Part shown: positions 37,137 through 50,389 of the stretch, in pieces
Layout of the letters: each line of letters starts with the position of its first letter
Position numbering within the stretch: position 1 is the first letter of the stretch
Origin: Octopus vulgaris
Taxonomy: Eukaryota
NCBI GenBank assembly: GCA_951406725.2
Contig: OX597827.1
Span: forward strand, 38,502,001-38,566,000
Direction: 5' to 3'
Length of the DNA: 64,000 bases
Made by a program: the position numbers and the translations under genes
The notes under the pieces: model-generated
The model's database searches: none
What the model was told of the DNA's origin: nothing
What the model saw: the letters and a program-made list of their open reading frames with translations, nothing else

Positions 37137-39949
37137 CTGTTTGACATGACCAAGAGAGAGAGAGTGATAAACAAAAATAAAAAAAAGAGGGAGAAAATGG
37201 TAATGGACAATTTCAGTGATTTTAGCACAAATTATAAGCACTATTATAAGCACAAATTTGCGACAAACAATAAAAACAGCCCTACCAAATGGACTCCTGT
37301 CATATATTTCTTGCTTGATATTCCAACTATGATCCATGATCATCTTATCTTTTTCCTGTATGCAAGGAACATAGAACTATACTATCAAATACGTTCATTT
37401 CTAAGATGACAGGGTGTGATTGGAGAGAGATTTGACTGCTATTTCTAGCATAATAATCAACCCCAAAGTAGTAATGATGAGTGACTGTGCATTCAATCTA
37501 TAATAATGAAATCTTTGTTTTCTTGTTTAATACCTTGGTATTTAAGCCAGACATTTCCAACCCAAATATTCTACCCGTTTTATGTTCAAATTGGGCTAGA
37601 TCTCGCTTCTCACACCTACCCTAAAATGTCATTCAAAAAATATACAATCACATCACCAAAATCTCAAAGCCACAAGGTAATACATAATTCAAAGCAATGT
37701 GAAAAAATAAAAATTACGTTTGACAAAGTAAACTGAATGCTGAAGGATGAAGACTCTGTATGTCCAGGACTACATTGTCTTGTTACTCCTTCTTTCTATT
37801 TTAACTAATTAACATTTAAATCAACCATATCTGGCCTAAATATTGTGCTTATGTTCAAACAAGCCAGATCCGGTCTCTCACATCTACCCTAAAATGTCAT
37901 TCTATAATCAACTACCCACCAGTTGTGAGTGATGTCACTTCGTATTCTCACATATAAAACATATCTTTTTTTGTTGTCTGTCATACATGATTGTAATGTG
38001 TTAAAGTTCATCTGACATAACAAGGTTAGTTCAGCTTACATACTCTGTCTTTGTCCTATGATTATGACTCAACACTGGGAAAGCTTTTTAGTTATAAGTA
38101 CATAACTCCAAAAGGAGACCATTCACCTGACTAGCAAAGAGTAACACACCAATATATCAAAAACACTCTCTCTCTCTGCTTGTGCTGCTCCTACGACAAT
38201 ACCCTCTGGTTCTCAGTGCTAATTACTTATGTACCCTCTCCATTCTGGTTTACCAGACAAATTCACTTTCCTTCTTTATAATCAATTTTCCAGAATGATA
38301 AAATTCTTTCTCCTTGGGACATCTGTTTTTTCCTTTAGATGTCAATACTTATAGATGTTCAAACTGAACATCCAGCATATCAATATCCCATACCTTAGTC
38401 CTGGAGGTTTGTCAAACCAAGGGCACTGCCCTTTCTACCTAGCTAAGTCTTTAAAAAAGGGAGGAAAAAAAAGAAAAACAGTGGTTGTGTGGTAAGTAGC
38501 TTGCTTACCAACCACATGGTCCCGGGTTCAGTCCCACAGTGTAGCACCTTCAGACAGGGTCTTCTACTATAGCCTCAGGCCAACCAAAGCCTTGTGAGTG
38601 GATTTGGTAGATGGAAACTAAAAGAAGCCCGTCGTATATATGCATGTGTGTATGTGTGTATGTATGTGTGTGTGTGTATGTTTGTGTGTCCATGTTTGTC
38701 CCCCCCAACATCGCTTGACAACTGATGGTGGTGTGTTTACGTTCCTGTAACTTAGCGGTTCAGCAAATGAGACCAATAGAATAAGTAATAGGCTTACAAA
38801 GAATGAGTCCTGGGGTCGATTTGCTCGACTAAAGGCAGTGCTCCAGCATGGCTGTAGTCAAATGACTGAAACAAGTAAAAGAGTAAAGAGAGTACAAAAC
38901 ATTCATTCTTATCTTGTCTTTACTTTTCTTTTATTCAGTTCAGTCATTAGACTGCGACCATGCTGGAACACTACTTAGAAGAATTTTATCTGAATGAATC
39001 AACCTCAGTACTTTTTGTCAAACCGCTAAGTAATAGCGTCATACAGAAACCAACACCAGTTGTCAGGCACTGGTTGGGGACATAAACACACACAATCACA
39101 TACACACATATACATGACATGCTTCTTCAGTTTGTCTACTAAATTCACTCACAAGGCTTTGGTTAGCCTCAGGCTATAGAAGAAGACACATGTTAAAGGT
39201 GTCATACGGTGGGACCGAACCCAGAACCATGTGGCTGGGAAGCAAGTTTCTTACCACACACCCATACTACTACAGAAATAAGCATTAAACAAACCAATAT
39301 CCCCCACAGAAAAAAAAGAAAGAACTAGCTCAATCATCATTCTTCAATGAAGATATAATTGTAATTTCTCATTTGTTTCTAACACTAATTTTCCAGTTTT
39401 TCTGTTTCTAATTTATGATATTATACTTGACAGAATCAATAGAATGCCAGACAAAATGCCTTATTGTATTTGATTTTAGATCTTGTGGGGTCAACTTTGC
39501 CTGTCATCCTTCTAGGTTCAAAAAATATATATGCAAACCAAATACTGGAGTTTATATAATCAACTAATGCCTTGCAAGGGTAAAGGATCAAGTGTAAAGA
39601 TTCATGGCTCAATGGCTAGAGTGTCAGGCTCACAATAATGAGGTAGTGAGTTCAATTCCTAAACCAGGCTGTGTGTTGTGTTCTTGAGCAAGACCCTTTA
39701 TTTCATGTTGCTCCAGGTCACTCAGCTGTAGAAATAAGTTGTGACATCACTGGTACCAAGCTGTGTCAGCCTTTGCCTTTCTCTTGGATAACATCAGTGG
39801 TGTGGAGAGGGGAAGCTGGTATGCATGGGCGACTGCTCGTCTTCAATAAACAACCTTACCTAGACTTGCACTTCAGAGGGAACTTTCTAGGTGCAATCCC
39901 AAAGCCATTCATGACCTTGCCAAAAATTTGTGCCTATGACAGAGACAAT

Positions 39950-40288
39950 TATTACCTCCACCTTAGTGAAGGCAGAGGTATTGTTTTCAGTCATGTTTGT
40001 TTGAATGTTTGACTGTGGACAAGATATCTCAAAAACTGCTGGACAGATTTGGATGAAACTTTCAGAGAGGTTTGGCTTTGTGACTGGCATGAACTGATTA
40101 GATTTTTGGATCGATCTGGTTCCAGACAAGGATTCTGGATTATTTTTCCATTTTTTAAACTTAATTTTTGAGAGTGATCAGGTTCATTTTTTGTATCCTC
40201 ATTTATGAGAGCAGTTGAGTTTATTTCAGATATTCTTATTTTAAAAATGATCTCCAGTTGAGAGGATGTTGATGTTGTCTTGGCAGAG
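39950..40288 (+). mobile_element. Non-autonomous Helentron/DINE-like element
   Basis: 5' ATTACCTCCACCTT...AAGGCAGAGGT hairpin, a (GTTT)n stretch, and a 3' TTGGCAGAGGT sub-terminal repeat followed by the GCACTC-TCT-GAGTGC stem-loop; this is the typical HINE layout. Confidence 0.65.
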
Positions 40289-40307
40289 GTTTGCACTCTC
40301 TGAGTGC

Positions 40308-40341
<34 letters not shown>

Positions 40342-40893
40342 GAGTGAGAGAGCAGTGCATGCCATCAAAGTGGCACTGAGGTAAAATATACAAAGCCCAG
40401 TATACCCATCATGACTACCTGTCTGATAAGGGTACACCAGACACATGCATCACAACCATATGTGTGCAACATGGTGATCTAATATCAAGATAAACAGCGC
40501 ATGACTTTGCAGGTGGGGCCCAGTTAGAATTTTCTTCAGGTTGAGTAGCTCAAAAGGTCCCTGAATAAGGATTGTTTAACGAACCACCCATGTAGCAAAA
40601 ATGAAAGGCATAATAAGAACCTTTATATTGTGTGCTCTTAATCAACTTTACTAACAAATCTGTTGTTCTGACAGCTTATTCTACCATAGGATGGTTTAAC
40701 AGCAGGAAAAGGTTAATGATACCCAACAGCCTAATCATAGAATTAGTTCCTTTTTCATTATGCAAATATTTCAAAATTACAAAAACAAGTAAGCCTATTC
40801 ATGTTGTTATAGAAACAGATGTACAACAGTAAAATAAAAATTAGGGAAAAAAGGAAACAACAACAATACAATGGCATTAGGAAATACACTTAC

Positions 40894-41051
40894 ATAGGTA
40901 GTTTCTATGGCATTGGTTTGGAGATTTTGTGGCATTTTGGGAAATGACCATTCTTTGTTTGGATCAGTTGAAAAGACAAGTTTACTAGTGTCAGCATCAA
41001 TAACATCAAAAGCATCAGTGGTGAACAAGCTTTGGGTCTCATTGACAGACA
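40894..41051 (-). CDS. SGCB: Beta-sarcoglycan exon (158 nt, phase 1-0)
   Basis: Long pyrimidine tract + AAG acceptor, GTAAGT donor. (L)SVNETQSLFTTDAFDVIDADTSKLVFSTDPNKEWSFPKMPQNLQTNAIETTY matches SGCB LSVENNKT...ILFSTD...F.LP. Confidence 0.9.
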
Positions 41052-41087
41052 CTTGAAGGAAGAAAAAAAAAGGAGGAGAAAGCAATG

Positions 41088-41103
41088 AATAATAATAATA
41101 ATA

Positions 41104-41192
<89 letters not shown>

Positions 41193-41205
41193 AATAATAA
41201 TAATA
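41088..41205. repeat. Compound (AAT)n(GAT)29(AAT)n microsatellite
   Basis: Seen directly; it lies ~35 bp upstream of the SGCB acceptor at 41052 and forms the tail of a reverse SINE. Confidence 0.95.
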
Positions 41206-42340
41206 TTTTCTACTATAGGCACAAGGCCTGCAATTTTGGTGGAAGGGAGATAATCGATTACATCCAATGCCTGTACTTAATTCATCGACCCCGAAAAGAT
41301 GAAAGGCAAAGTTGACCTCAGCAGAGTTTGAACTCTGAGCATAAAGACGAACGAAGGACACAGAAAGTGTGTCAATAGCCAGCTGGAGGAGGTGTCTTGC
41401 TGGGGCTACAAACTACAGTAGTATCCACCCTTAAGGGTTAGCTACATTTAAGTGACAAATATACTTCACGATGTCGTGCAGCTGCTGTTCATGCCTCACT
41501 CAGAGATTTATTATATTAAGCAACACTAATAATAAATCAACAAACCATAAAAATATACAAGCTTATGACAGTTTTATAGATATTTCAAAATTATGATGCT
41601 ATGATTCAAGGTGTTTCCATTATTCTGTCCAACCTCTGTATGTGTGTCGTTGGTGTGTATCATATGATAGATTTCAGTGAGTGTTACTGTCATACAAGCA
41701 GTGGTATTCATTTCCAATATTCTGCAAAAAATATGTCTGGCCTTACTTGGAAACAAGAGAGGATTAGTGACAGGAATGGGCATCTGGCCATAAAAACCTT
41801 GCCTCAATAAACTTTGAGCAACTCACGCAATCAGGAAAAGTTGGATGTTGAAATGATGATGATGATGATGATGATGAAGAGTGCTACCACTGTCGCTGTT
41901 ATAAATTTGTATATTTACACTGCACTTGAAGTTAGAGATCTCTCCTCTACATATTGCTAACAATTGAATAATGAACCAAGGGCAGAGCTTGTTATCCAGC
42001 TTGACTGCAATAAGTAAAATTCTGTGATTTGCCCAGTGCTGATTTGCCCAGTGCCTGTAATAAAAAGGCATGTTCCTTCCTCCTCTTCCTACTACTACTA
42101 CTACTATTATTACTGCTGCTCCTGCTGCTACAGCCACTTCTACATTGTCTTTTTAGTCAGGTAGAGTTTTATATATTGTCTAAGTACTGATGTCTTCACA
42201 ATTAATAGTCCAGCATTTTTACCTCACAGCCATTGTATACCACAATCATGTATGTGACAAAATAAGTTAATATGTTATATTATTTGATGAGTAAATGAGG
42301 CTTATATCTTCAGAAATGTGTGAAATGTTTAATTACTTAC

Positions 42341-42371
42341 ACATTGAAGATCCTGGAGAGCCAATATTGAT
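42341..42371 (-). CDS. SGCB: Beta-sarcoglycan micro-exon (31 nt, phase 0-1): INIGSPGSSM
   Basis: TTTTCTGTTCTCCAG acceptor and GTAAGT donor. It supplies exactly the phase change needed between the 44723 (phase 0) and 41051 (phase 1) boundaries. Confidence 0.82.
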
Positions 42372-43004
42372 CTGGAGAACAGAAAAGTGAAAACGAAATA
42401 GTTAAAAATCCTTTAGTAAATAAAAATTCTTAGAAACATAACAAAATCAAGTGTCAGTCTTTGACAAGAAGAAATTCTTGTATAGAATTTGACAAAAAAT
42501 TACATGAATACAACAAAGACCAAATGCCATCAAAGAAGTGGTCATGTTCACTAGGTAGGGAACATAAGTGAAGATTTGATACTGTGTTCTCACAGTAAAT
42601 AATTGGTGCACAGAATATATAATACCTTGAATAGCATATGAACAGGACATCATAAATAAACACATTGGCAGAATAGAAAAACAGATTACAAGAACAAAAG
42701 AATAAAGGGATGTCAAAATACACAAGTTAACAAAATAGTAAAATGCCTGGATATACAAAATAGAAGAATGGGATACAAAAATAATATTAAGCTGGAAAAA
42801 GTTTTGCTGCATTTTTGAAATGATCACTTTTGTGAATACTTTTTCAATACTTTAGGGTAAAAAAAGCATTAAATTATACATTGTCATGTTTTTTGTTTTG
42901 TTTTTTTTTTTGTGGTGGGGTCCCTTTTTTTAAATTTACACAAAATGGTGTATTTAAGCACAACGTTGTATTTGAATTCATATCAATCTTACCCTTTTAA
43001 ATTG

Positions 43005-44400
43005 AGTTTAGATCAGACCTGCATCAGATGCTGCATGCCATATGAATTCAAAAGCTCTTACAGCAATGGAAATGGCAAGAAATATTCATTTTGTCAATGA
43101 AGTTTTATGTGCCCAGTGCTGCCAATGATGGCTTGGCCAGTTTCACTTAGGAAATTTTTATCTCACAGATTCCCCTCAATCTGGACAACCAAGTTCTGTT
43201 GATACTAAAATTCTGAAAACTATTGAAGAAAATCCAAAGCAGACTGCACATGAATTAGCAAAACAGTCCAATTCAAGTAACGCTTCATTTATAAAACACC
43301 TTCATGAACAAGGAAAAGTACCAAAACTTGGCCTGTGGGTCCCTCATTATCTGACTACTTCTCAGTTTAATTATAGACTTGCAGAGGAGACATGCTACAA
43401 AACAGTTCCTGGGTAGAAGCATTACAAGTGATGAAAAGTGGAGTCTCTATAACAATATCCAAGGAAAATGACAATGGTTAGCACCTCCCCCCTCCACACA
43501 CACAAAAGAACCCATCCCCAAACCAGGACTACATCCCAAAATGGTTATGCCCTAGGTTTTTTGGGATATGAAGAGGGTCATCTATCATGAAGTGCTAATG
43601 CAAAGTGAAACAGTTAATGCAGAGAAGTATTGTCATCATTTGGAAACACTGCACAAAAATTTGCAGGAAAAGCACCCATCATTGGTCAGTCATAAAGGAG
43701 TGTTGCTCTTACACGATAATGAAAGACCACATATTGACCAATTCATTCAGGAAAATATTATGGCACTAAATATGGAAGTTTTGCCTCATCCTCCTTACTT
43801 TCCTGGCATTGATCCATCTAACTAATATCTTTCCAGATCATTGCAGCATTATTTTGAAGGAAAACAGTTTGGTAACTGTGAAAAAGAGGTTAAAAATGAT
43901 GTTCAATGTTTTGTTGCTTTAAAACCTGAGGCGTAGGAGTGGCTGTGTGGTAAGTAGCTTGCTTACGAAACACATGGTTCCGGGTTCAGTCCCACTGCGT
44001 GGCACCTTGGGCAAGTGTCTTCCACTATAGCCTCGGGTTGACCAAAGCTTTGTCAGTGGATTTGGTAGACAGAAACTGAAAGAAACCCGTCATATATATA
44101 TATATATATGCATGTGTGTGTATATGTTTGTGTGTTTGTCCCCCACAACATCGCTTGACAAATGATGCTGGTGTGTTTATGTCCCCGTAACTTTGTGGTT
44201 CGGCAAAAGAGACTGATAGAATAAGTACTAGGCTTACAAAGAATAAGTCCTGGGGTCGATTTGCTCGACTAAAGGCAGTGCTCCAGCATGGCCACAGTCA
44301 AATGACTGAAACAAGTAAAAGAGTAAAGAGTAAATGGATCAAAATTTACCAAATCGATGGAATTATGTTATCAATATTAAAGGGAAATATAATCTTGATC
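43005..44400 (+). mobile_element. Decayed mariner transposase pseudogene interrupted by a SINE (43929-44331)
   Basis: IRCCMPYEFK, LGLWVPHYLT, ITSDEKWSLYNN, LLHDNERPH, VLPHPPYFPGIDPSN, then after the SINE LPNRWNYVINIKGKY; many stops and frameshifts. Confidence 0.92.
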
Positions 44401-44722
44401 AAAAATATCAATCGAAGCCAAAGAAACATTTCTTTCATAGAACAGAATCCAAACAGAATAACAGAATAATGGAAGTATTCTGATAGTAGAATATTAGATT
44501 ATCAGAATACAGGTATCATATTCATCATAATTTTGATGTTGCCATGGTACAGAGGATAAAAGTGTTGAAACTCTGCATAATATGGAAGTTACAAGAACAG
44601 TTGCATAAGGTTGACATATACACACATATGCTTCCGATGATAAACAGAAAAGATCAAATCATTTAATACCAGGTAATATCCATGTTTTGAAGGACAACAA
44701 ATTAAACCGAAAGTCCACTTAC

Positions 44723-44908
44723 CACAGACTGATCAGCTGTGAAATTCATTCCACTCCACATCCGGCTACCCAGTTGTCCACCTATCAGGGTAATGTTTGG
44801 TAAGACACTATTCACAATAAACCGTAGTAATTCCCCTCCAGGGATAAATTCAAGTGACTGCAGTCCAAACGGGGTCAGTTTTAGTACAGACATTAGCAAA
44901 CCAGTTAC
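44723..44908 (-). CDS. SGCB: Beta-sarcoglycan exon (186 nt, phase 0-0)
   Basis: TTGCAG acceptor, GTAAGT donor. VTGLLMSVLKLTPFGLQSLEFIPGGELLRFIVNSVLPNITLIGGQLGSRMWSGMNFTADQSV corresponds to SGCB ITLVIWAVIRIGPNGCDSMEFHESGLLRF. Confidence 0.93.
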
Positions 44909-45223
44909 CTGCAATACAGTACAGTAATTAGAACTGATACATAGTTTAGTGGTCAATATAGCTGTCACCTACAGTATAGTGGTCAGCCAGCTATCATATA
45001 TGGTACAGTAGTTAATACAGTTATCATTAACAGCAAATTGGTCAATACAGTGCAGGGGTCAATACATGCATCATGACTGCGTAGAAGTAAACTCAGCTAT
45101 CACCTACAATATAGTGCTTCACACAATTGTCACATAAAGTACAGCTGTATCAACATAGCTGTTTTCTGTAGCAGAGTGCTTAAAAGAACTGCCATGAAAT
45201 ATTTGATAGAAAAATCAAAGTTA

Positions 45224-45266
<43 letters not shown>

Positions 45267-45291
45267 TCTTTTGTTTATTTTCGTAAACTTT

Positions 45292-45334
<43 letters not shown>

Positions 45335-45597
45335 CATCGTTTAACGTCCGTTTTCCATGCTACCATGGGTTGGACGGTTCGACCGGGCTCTGGAAAGCCA
45401 GGAGGCTGCACCATGCTCCAGTCTGATCTGGCAGTGTTTCTTCAGCTGGATGCCCTTCCTAATGCCAACCACTCTGTGAGTGTAGTGGGTGCTTTTTACG
45501 TGCCACTGGCACAGGAGCCAGAGGAGGCTGGCAACGGCCACGATCAGCTGGTGCTTTTTTACGTGCCAGTCAAGGTGGTGCTGGCATCAGCCACGTT

Positions 45598-46007
45598 CAT
45601 GGCAGAATTAATAGTCAAGACTATTTAATCATTTTATCTGATCAAATTCATCCTATGATCAAATTCATTCATGATGATAACGCACCAATTCACACAGCTA
45701 AAGTTGTTACTGAATGGCATGAGGAACATTCTAGTGAAGTTGAACATCTTATCTGGCCACCACAGTCTCTAGATCTCAATATTATTGAACATTTATGGTG
45801 CATTTTAGAAAAACAAGTAAGGAGTTGATATCATCCACCATCATCAGTACAAGAACTGGAGACTGTTTTAGCTGAAGAATGGACAAAAATTCCTTTGGAA
45901 ACAATTCAAACTTTGTATGAGTCCATACCTCATAGAATTCAAGCTGTAATTACTACCAAAGCAATCCTACCCCATTATTATATTTCCATTATTTTGTCCA
46001 ACCCCTG
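45598..46007 (+). mobile_element. Tc1-like (DD34E) transposase 3' fragment with right TIR
   Basis: DDNAPIHTAKVVTEWHEEHSSEVEHLIWPPQSLDLNIIEHLW...EEWTKIP...LYESIPHRIQAVI; ends TTGTCCAACCCCTG|TA. A lone matching TIR lies at ~41612-41640. Confidence 0.88.
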
Positions 46008-46009
46008 TA

Positions 46010-46059
<50 letters not shown>

Positions 46060-46455
46060 TGGGCAGAATTATGATCTAAGCACATGCTAAAATCCCTCAT
46101 GACTTTTGTAGTTTTACAATCCTGTCTTCTGCATAATCAAATTGATATGATTATGCAGTAAAAAAAAAAGAGAGAAATCTCCCATCCCCAATTTTATTTT
46201 TTAATACATGGTTTTAAAATACTGACAGTACGAATCTACCATGCTACATCAGCAATATTAGCAGACAGACAGCCGTGCAGTGGTATGATATATAGTCCAA
46301 ATAGAAAAAAAGCATTCTTTTTAAGAGGGAAAATGAAGTTGGAAGAGTAGTGAAGAAGTTTTGGATACTTGTGATTGTTGTAACTGATGGTGCCATTTTT
46401 ATATGTGTGTATGTGCATGTATAAAGATGTAATTAAAACAATACATATACACCCA

Positions 46456-46509
<54 letters not shown>

Positions 46510-48213
46510 ACAAAGCCTAATGGTGTAAATTTTCTAAAACTCCTTTAGGGACAAATGATTTTCACAATGAATTCCAATTTAATCAGAATCTACATGATCT
46601 GAAGCATTTTTGTAGAAAAGAAATATTTAATTTTCTCAAAGTTATGAAGAAGCAAATCTTTGGGGCACAATTGTGAAGATATACCAAAATATTTATATAT
46701 ATATAAAAGGATGTATATAAAAGGATATATAAAACTAACTCTGTAAAAATGTATGTGTTTGTGTGTATATATTTGTATATTTCTGTATGCATTTATACAT
46801 GTATATGTATAAGTTTCAGAAGATATTAGAGTAATGGAATATAAGTCAATCATAATAAGAAATCTCCCAAAAATCTGTTTCCTTAATTTTTAACTATGTC
46901 GTGCTTTCTGCCACTTCCTTTCTCTCATTGCTATTACTTCCGCTCAGTCAGGGCTATTATTCTCACTACTTCTCCTTCACTGAATTACTATTTTCTCTCT
47001 TCTCCCTTCAGTTATACTACGCTTTCTCCTATTCCATCCTAGTCCTACTCTGTAATTTTGGACAAATATATATATATACACATGAGAACCGGTGCCTTCA
47101 TCGTTATATGGCCGTAAGCTGTACTCTTTCACCACTCTTTCTCCCACTCTTTCTTCTGTTGGCCTGCTCGCTTAGCCAGCGGGGTGGCGTCATTCGAAGG
47201 CTAAAACAATGCGAACACATTGTGACCAGCGATGTGTAACAACATCTGATGGTCTGGTCGGTCATGTGATCAGGTGGTCACGTGATATATACACACACAA
47301 ATATATAAAAACACTACACTCATTATTATATTAGGAGATAGGGCTTTTAGAAATTTATGTCCATAACTGAACCATGAGATCTAGTTTATGCAAATGAACC
47401 CTAAAAGCCAATCAAGTTTGACACTCCTGTTGTGTGTGTGTGTGTGTAATGAACTTGTTTCAAGTGATCAAATCTTCATGCTGCACTTTAGCTCACTCTC
47501 TTCGTCAAATCAAGGTTGTCTGAACAGATGCACTGTGTACCACATGTCAGGTGTTGAAGTGATCACAGAGCCATGCACCACCTGATCTTCAAAATTAAAA
47601 TCATGATCGAGCAATCGTGGAATTACTAGATAATGAGCAATCAGGAGTGCAACACCCTAACCACTAGACCATGTGCCCTCACAAACACACAGACACACAC
47701 ATGCATGTACCCACACATACACAGACAGTTTTTATCGTCTTTGTGTATGTATACTTATATGTGTACTGCGTGTGAAAACTGCTGTTCACAAGTTTCCTGT
47801 TGTTGGCCAACCACAGTGCCCTTTCTCTCTTAACTGACCATTCCTTTATCTTCAAATCTTCTAATCATCTACCATCTTTTTTTTTCTTCTAACCCAGCTT
47901 CTTCTCAATTGTTCTTAGTCTCTCTCCAGCTTTGACCCTCTACCGAATTATCTTTTCTCCCTCCCTTACCACTTACTGCCGATTTGTGCACATTTATCGA
48001 TTCTCTGTCATTTCCTTTCATTCCTCACTGTGTTCAAGTTCTCCAAGGCTGAAGAAAACATCACTCTCTCTCTCTCCCCAAAGGACTTTTTCCAGAACTT
48101 CAGAAATTCTTCCCCCAAAAGTAATGAACTGAGGAAAGAAGTAAATAAATACAATTTCTCCTGATGCAGACTACCACGTCACTTGAGATTTGGGAATTTT
48201 GATTTTATATATA

Positions 48214-48775
48214 TGTGCATATAAGGAGAGTACAGGAGGCGGTCGAAAAAGCCAGCTTCTATATATGGCTGAAGCGGGAAGACCAAAAATGGCTTGAAAG
48301 TCATAACATGCCAGTGGGAAATAACATCATTAGGTGAGACAAGCTGACACTGAATTAGCTTCGCTGACTGACAGATAACAGTCGTTTAGAGAATGCGTGG
48401 GCTAAGACTATGTGTCTTCATTGGTCAGTTAAAATTGAGATAGTGTCACGTGACAACTTGATGGGGCTGCCTGCTGGAGCCTAGCAGCAGGTATTTAAAG
48501 GGGAAAAGTTTGACAAGTCAGTCAGTCACCAGCTGACACTCGTTGACGCTACATCGAAGAGGTCAGGGAATAGAAGAAAGAAGACATGCACCCAACAACA
48601 GAGCTGAAGACACCTCCAAAAGGAAGGGGCCCCGCCACGTCAAAAGGGTAGAGGAGTAGGGGCCGAAACCAGACGTAGTTCCTCCTGATGATGTCTTGAG
48701 TTAACTGGATCCTATAAAGGAGCTGTTGTGGTAGCAGACCACGAAACACAGTTGTAATTCCTTCCTACGTGCACA
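48214..48775 (+). mobile_element. Solo-LTR-like element
   Basis: TGTGCA...TGCACA inverted ends, internal TATTTAAA followed by TCAGTCAGTC, GC-richer than its flanks; no clear TSD. Confidence 0.45.
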
Positions 48776-48859
48776 TGGCTATGAGTTGGCCTTTTAAATA
48801 TTCTGCCAAGAAACCAAATTCTTAGTATTCCCATGAAGAAGTTAATTCAAACAACTTAC

Positions 48860-49063
48860 CACTATGTTGGCTATAGCAACCAACAGAAGGAAAGCAACAA
48901 CACAGTAGAGAACTTTCTTCTTGGAACCCCTAATACCAGTTTTGTGCAAGTATTCTTCATTGATAGGGATGAAGCCTGCTCGGAAATTTGTACGATGTTC
49001 ATGATTGTTATGTTTCCTCTGGGCCTTGTCCCGCATACTCAGCTGTTGGTTCGTTGCATGGTT
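48860..49063 (-). CDS. SGCB: Beta-sarcoglycan exon 2: cytoplasmic domain and start of TM helix (204 nt)
   Basis: TTTTATTCCACAG acceptor, GTAAGT donor. SMRDKAQRKHNNHEHRTNFRAGFIPINEEYLHKTGIRGSKKKVLYCVVAFLLLVAIANIV corresponds to SGCB SMREKAVERR...EHNSNFKAGYIPIDEDRLHKTGLRGRKGNLAICVIILLFILAVINLI. Confidence 0.96.
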
Positions 49064-49289
49064 CTGTGGAATAAAAAAAACAACAACCAAATGAGAACAT
49101 TTCAGCAATAATTTGTAGGGTGGAGGTGCAGGAGATCACCTGCCATCTTGCTGGGACCTCTTAAGTGGCAGATAAATAAATGTAAATGATATCAATGTTG
49201 TAAAGGGTTTAAAATACATGTTTTTAGTGCTGAATTGATGGACAAGTAATAAATCTCCTTCCACTGAAAATAAGGAACATCTGATCTAT

Positions 49290-49547
49290 CTCAGACAATA
49301 TTTCCAAATATGGTGGGTGGGGCATCGTTTCCCATTCAAACTACTCCAGCCTTTGGAATGTCATCCTGACTGTATTTGGCTGAGCATTATCCTGATGGAA
49401 GAACATCTTTCGTCTTGAAACCGAAGATCGTTGATTTTCTTCTAGCACTGGCTTAAACCATTGAAGCTGCTCACAGTAGATCTCCTTTATCATTTGGTTT
49501 GGGTTTAAAAGTTCAAAGTGAACTAAACTATTCATATCCCACCACAT
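49290..49547 (-). mobile_element. Mariner transposase fragment
   Basis: WWDMNSLVHFELLNPNQ...YCEQL...FHQDNAQPN...LE*FEWETMPHPPY. Confidence 0.88.
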
Positions 49548-50389
49548 ATAATCAAAAACATTCCATCATAAGTAATTCAGCCTCTTTATTTTTCTTTGAT
49601 TACATTATCCAAGATGCCGTTCACTTTTTTTAAAGACAGTAAGATGTGATTTAAGAGAAGTTTGGTCAGTTTCTACAAACTAGTTTTGGATGCCATGTGT
49701 TCAACTACAACCATTAAAAATTTAACAAAAATTACTACAGTTTTAACAAAACTGGCCACCTTTAGGAACTATTTCCTCACAAATATTTTTTCTTGCTTAA
49801 AGAAAAACATTGTTCGTAGGGAAATTCCACAATATACCTGCAGCATTTAATTTTATATAGACAAAAAGAAAAAAAACTATAAATGCTTAATTCAATTTCA
49901 CTGTTCCTTCATTTAGGTTTAAAAAATAAGATACCAGTCAATTATTGGAGATTGGTTTAATATTCTTTCTTATACTATGTGAAGGCTTGGTTAGATGGGA
50001 GTTGAACAATTTTGTAGGGCTGCTTTAGGACCTGCCAATTATTCAACAAGTCCATTTGAAGTTTTCAAGGAAACCATTTATTTATACATAAACATTACAC
50101 TGATTACAATAGTTATTTGCTGGAAGCTGTATTGCTGATTACCAATAGTGAATTATGTATGCATGCTAGCTAGGAAGGACAGCTACATTTTCATGCTGTG
50201 AGAAGCAGGAAAATTCTGTTTATTGTAGACAAACCATTCTGTTTAATCCTTTGTCAAGCAGTGACCAAGAAACTGGTCTTCTCACCAATCTCAGTTGTGA
50301 CGCGCATCTCTATTTATAACCATGACTGGAGGGAAAGTCGAGGAAAATTTCATTGTGTGTACAATTGCAAATGAAATAATATTAGTCAC

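Noticed and set aside
36972-37409. 145-aa + strand ORF
   Set aside because: Antisense shadow of an SGCB exon extended through AT-rich intron; no homology signal.
41085-41315. Poly-Asp, poly-His and poly-Ile ORFs
   Set aside because: Translations of a (GAT)n microsatellite at a SINE tail; only 40894-41051 of the overlapping minus ORF is a real exon.
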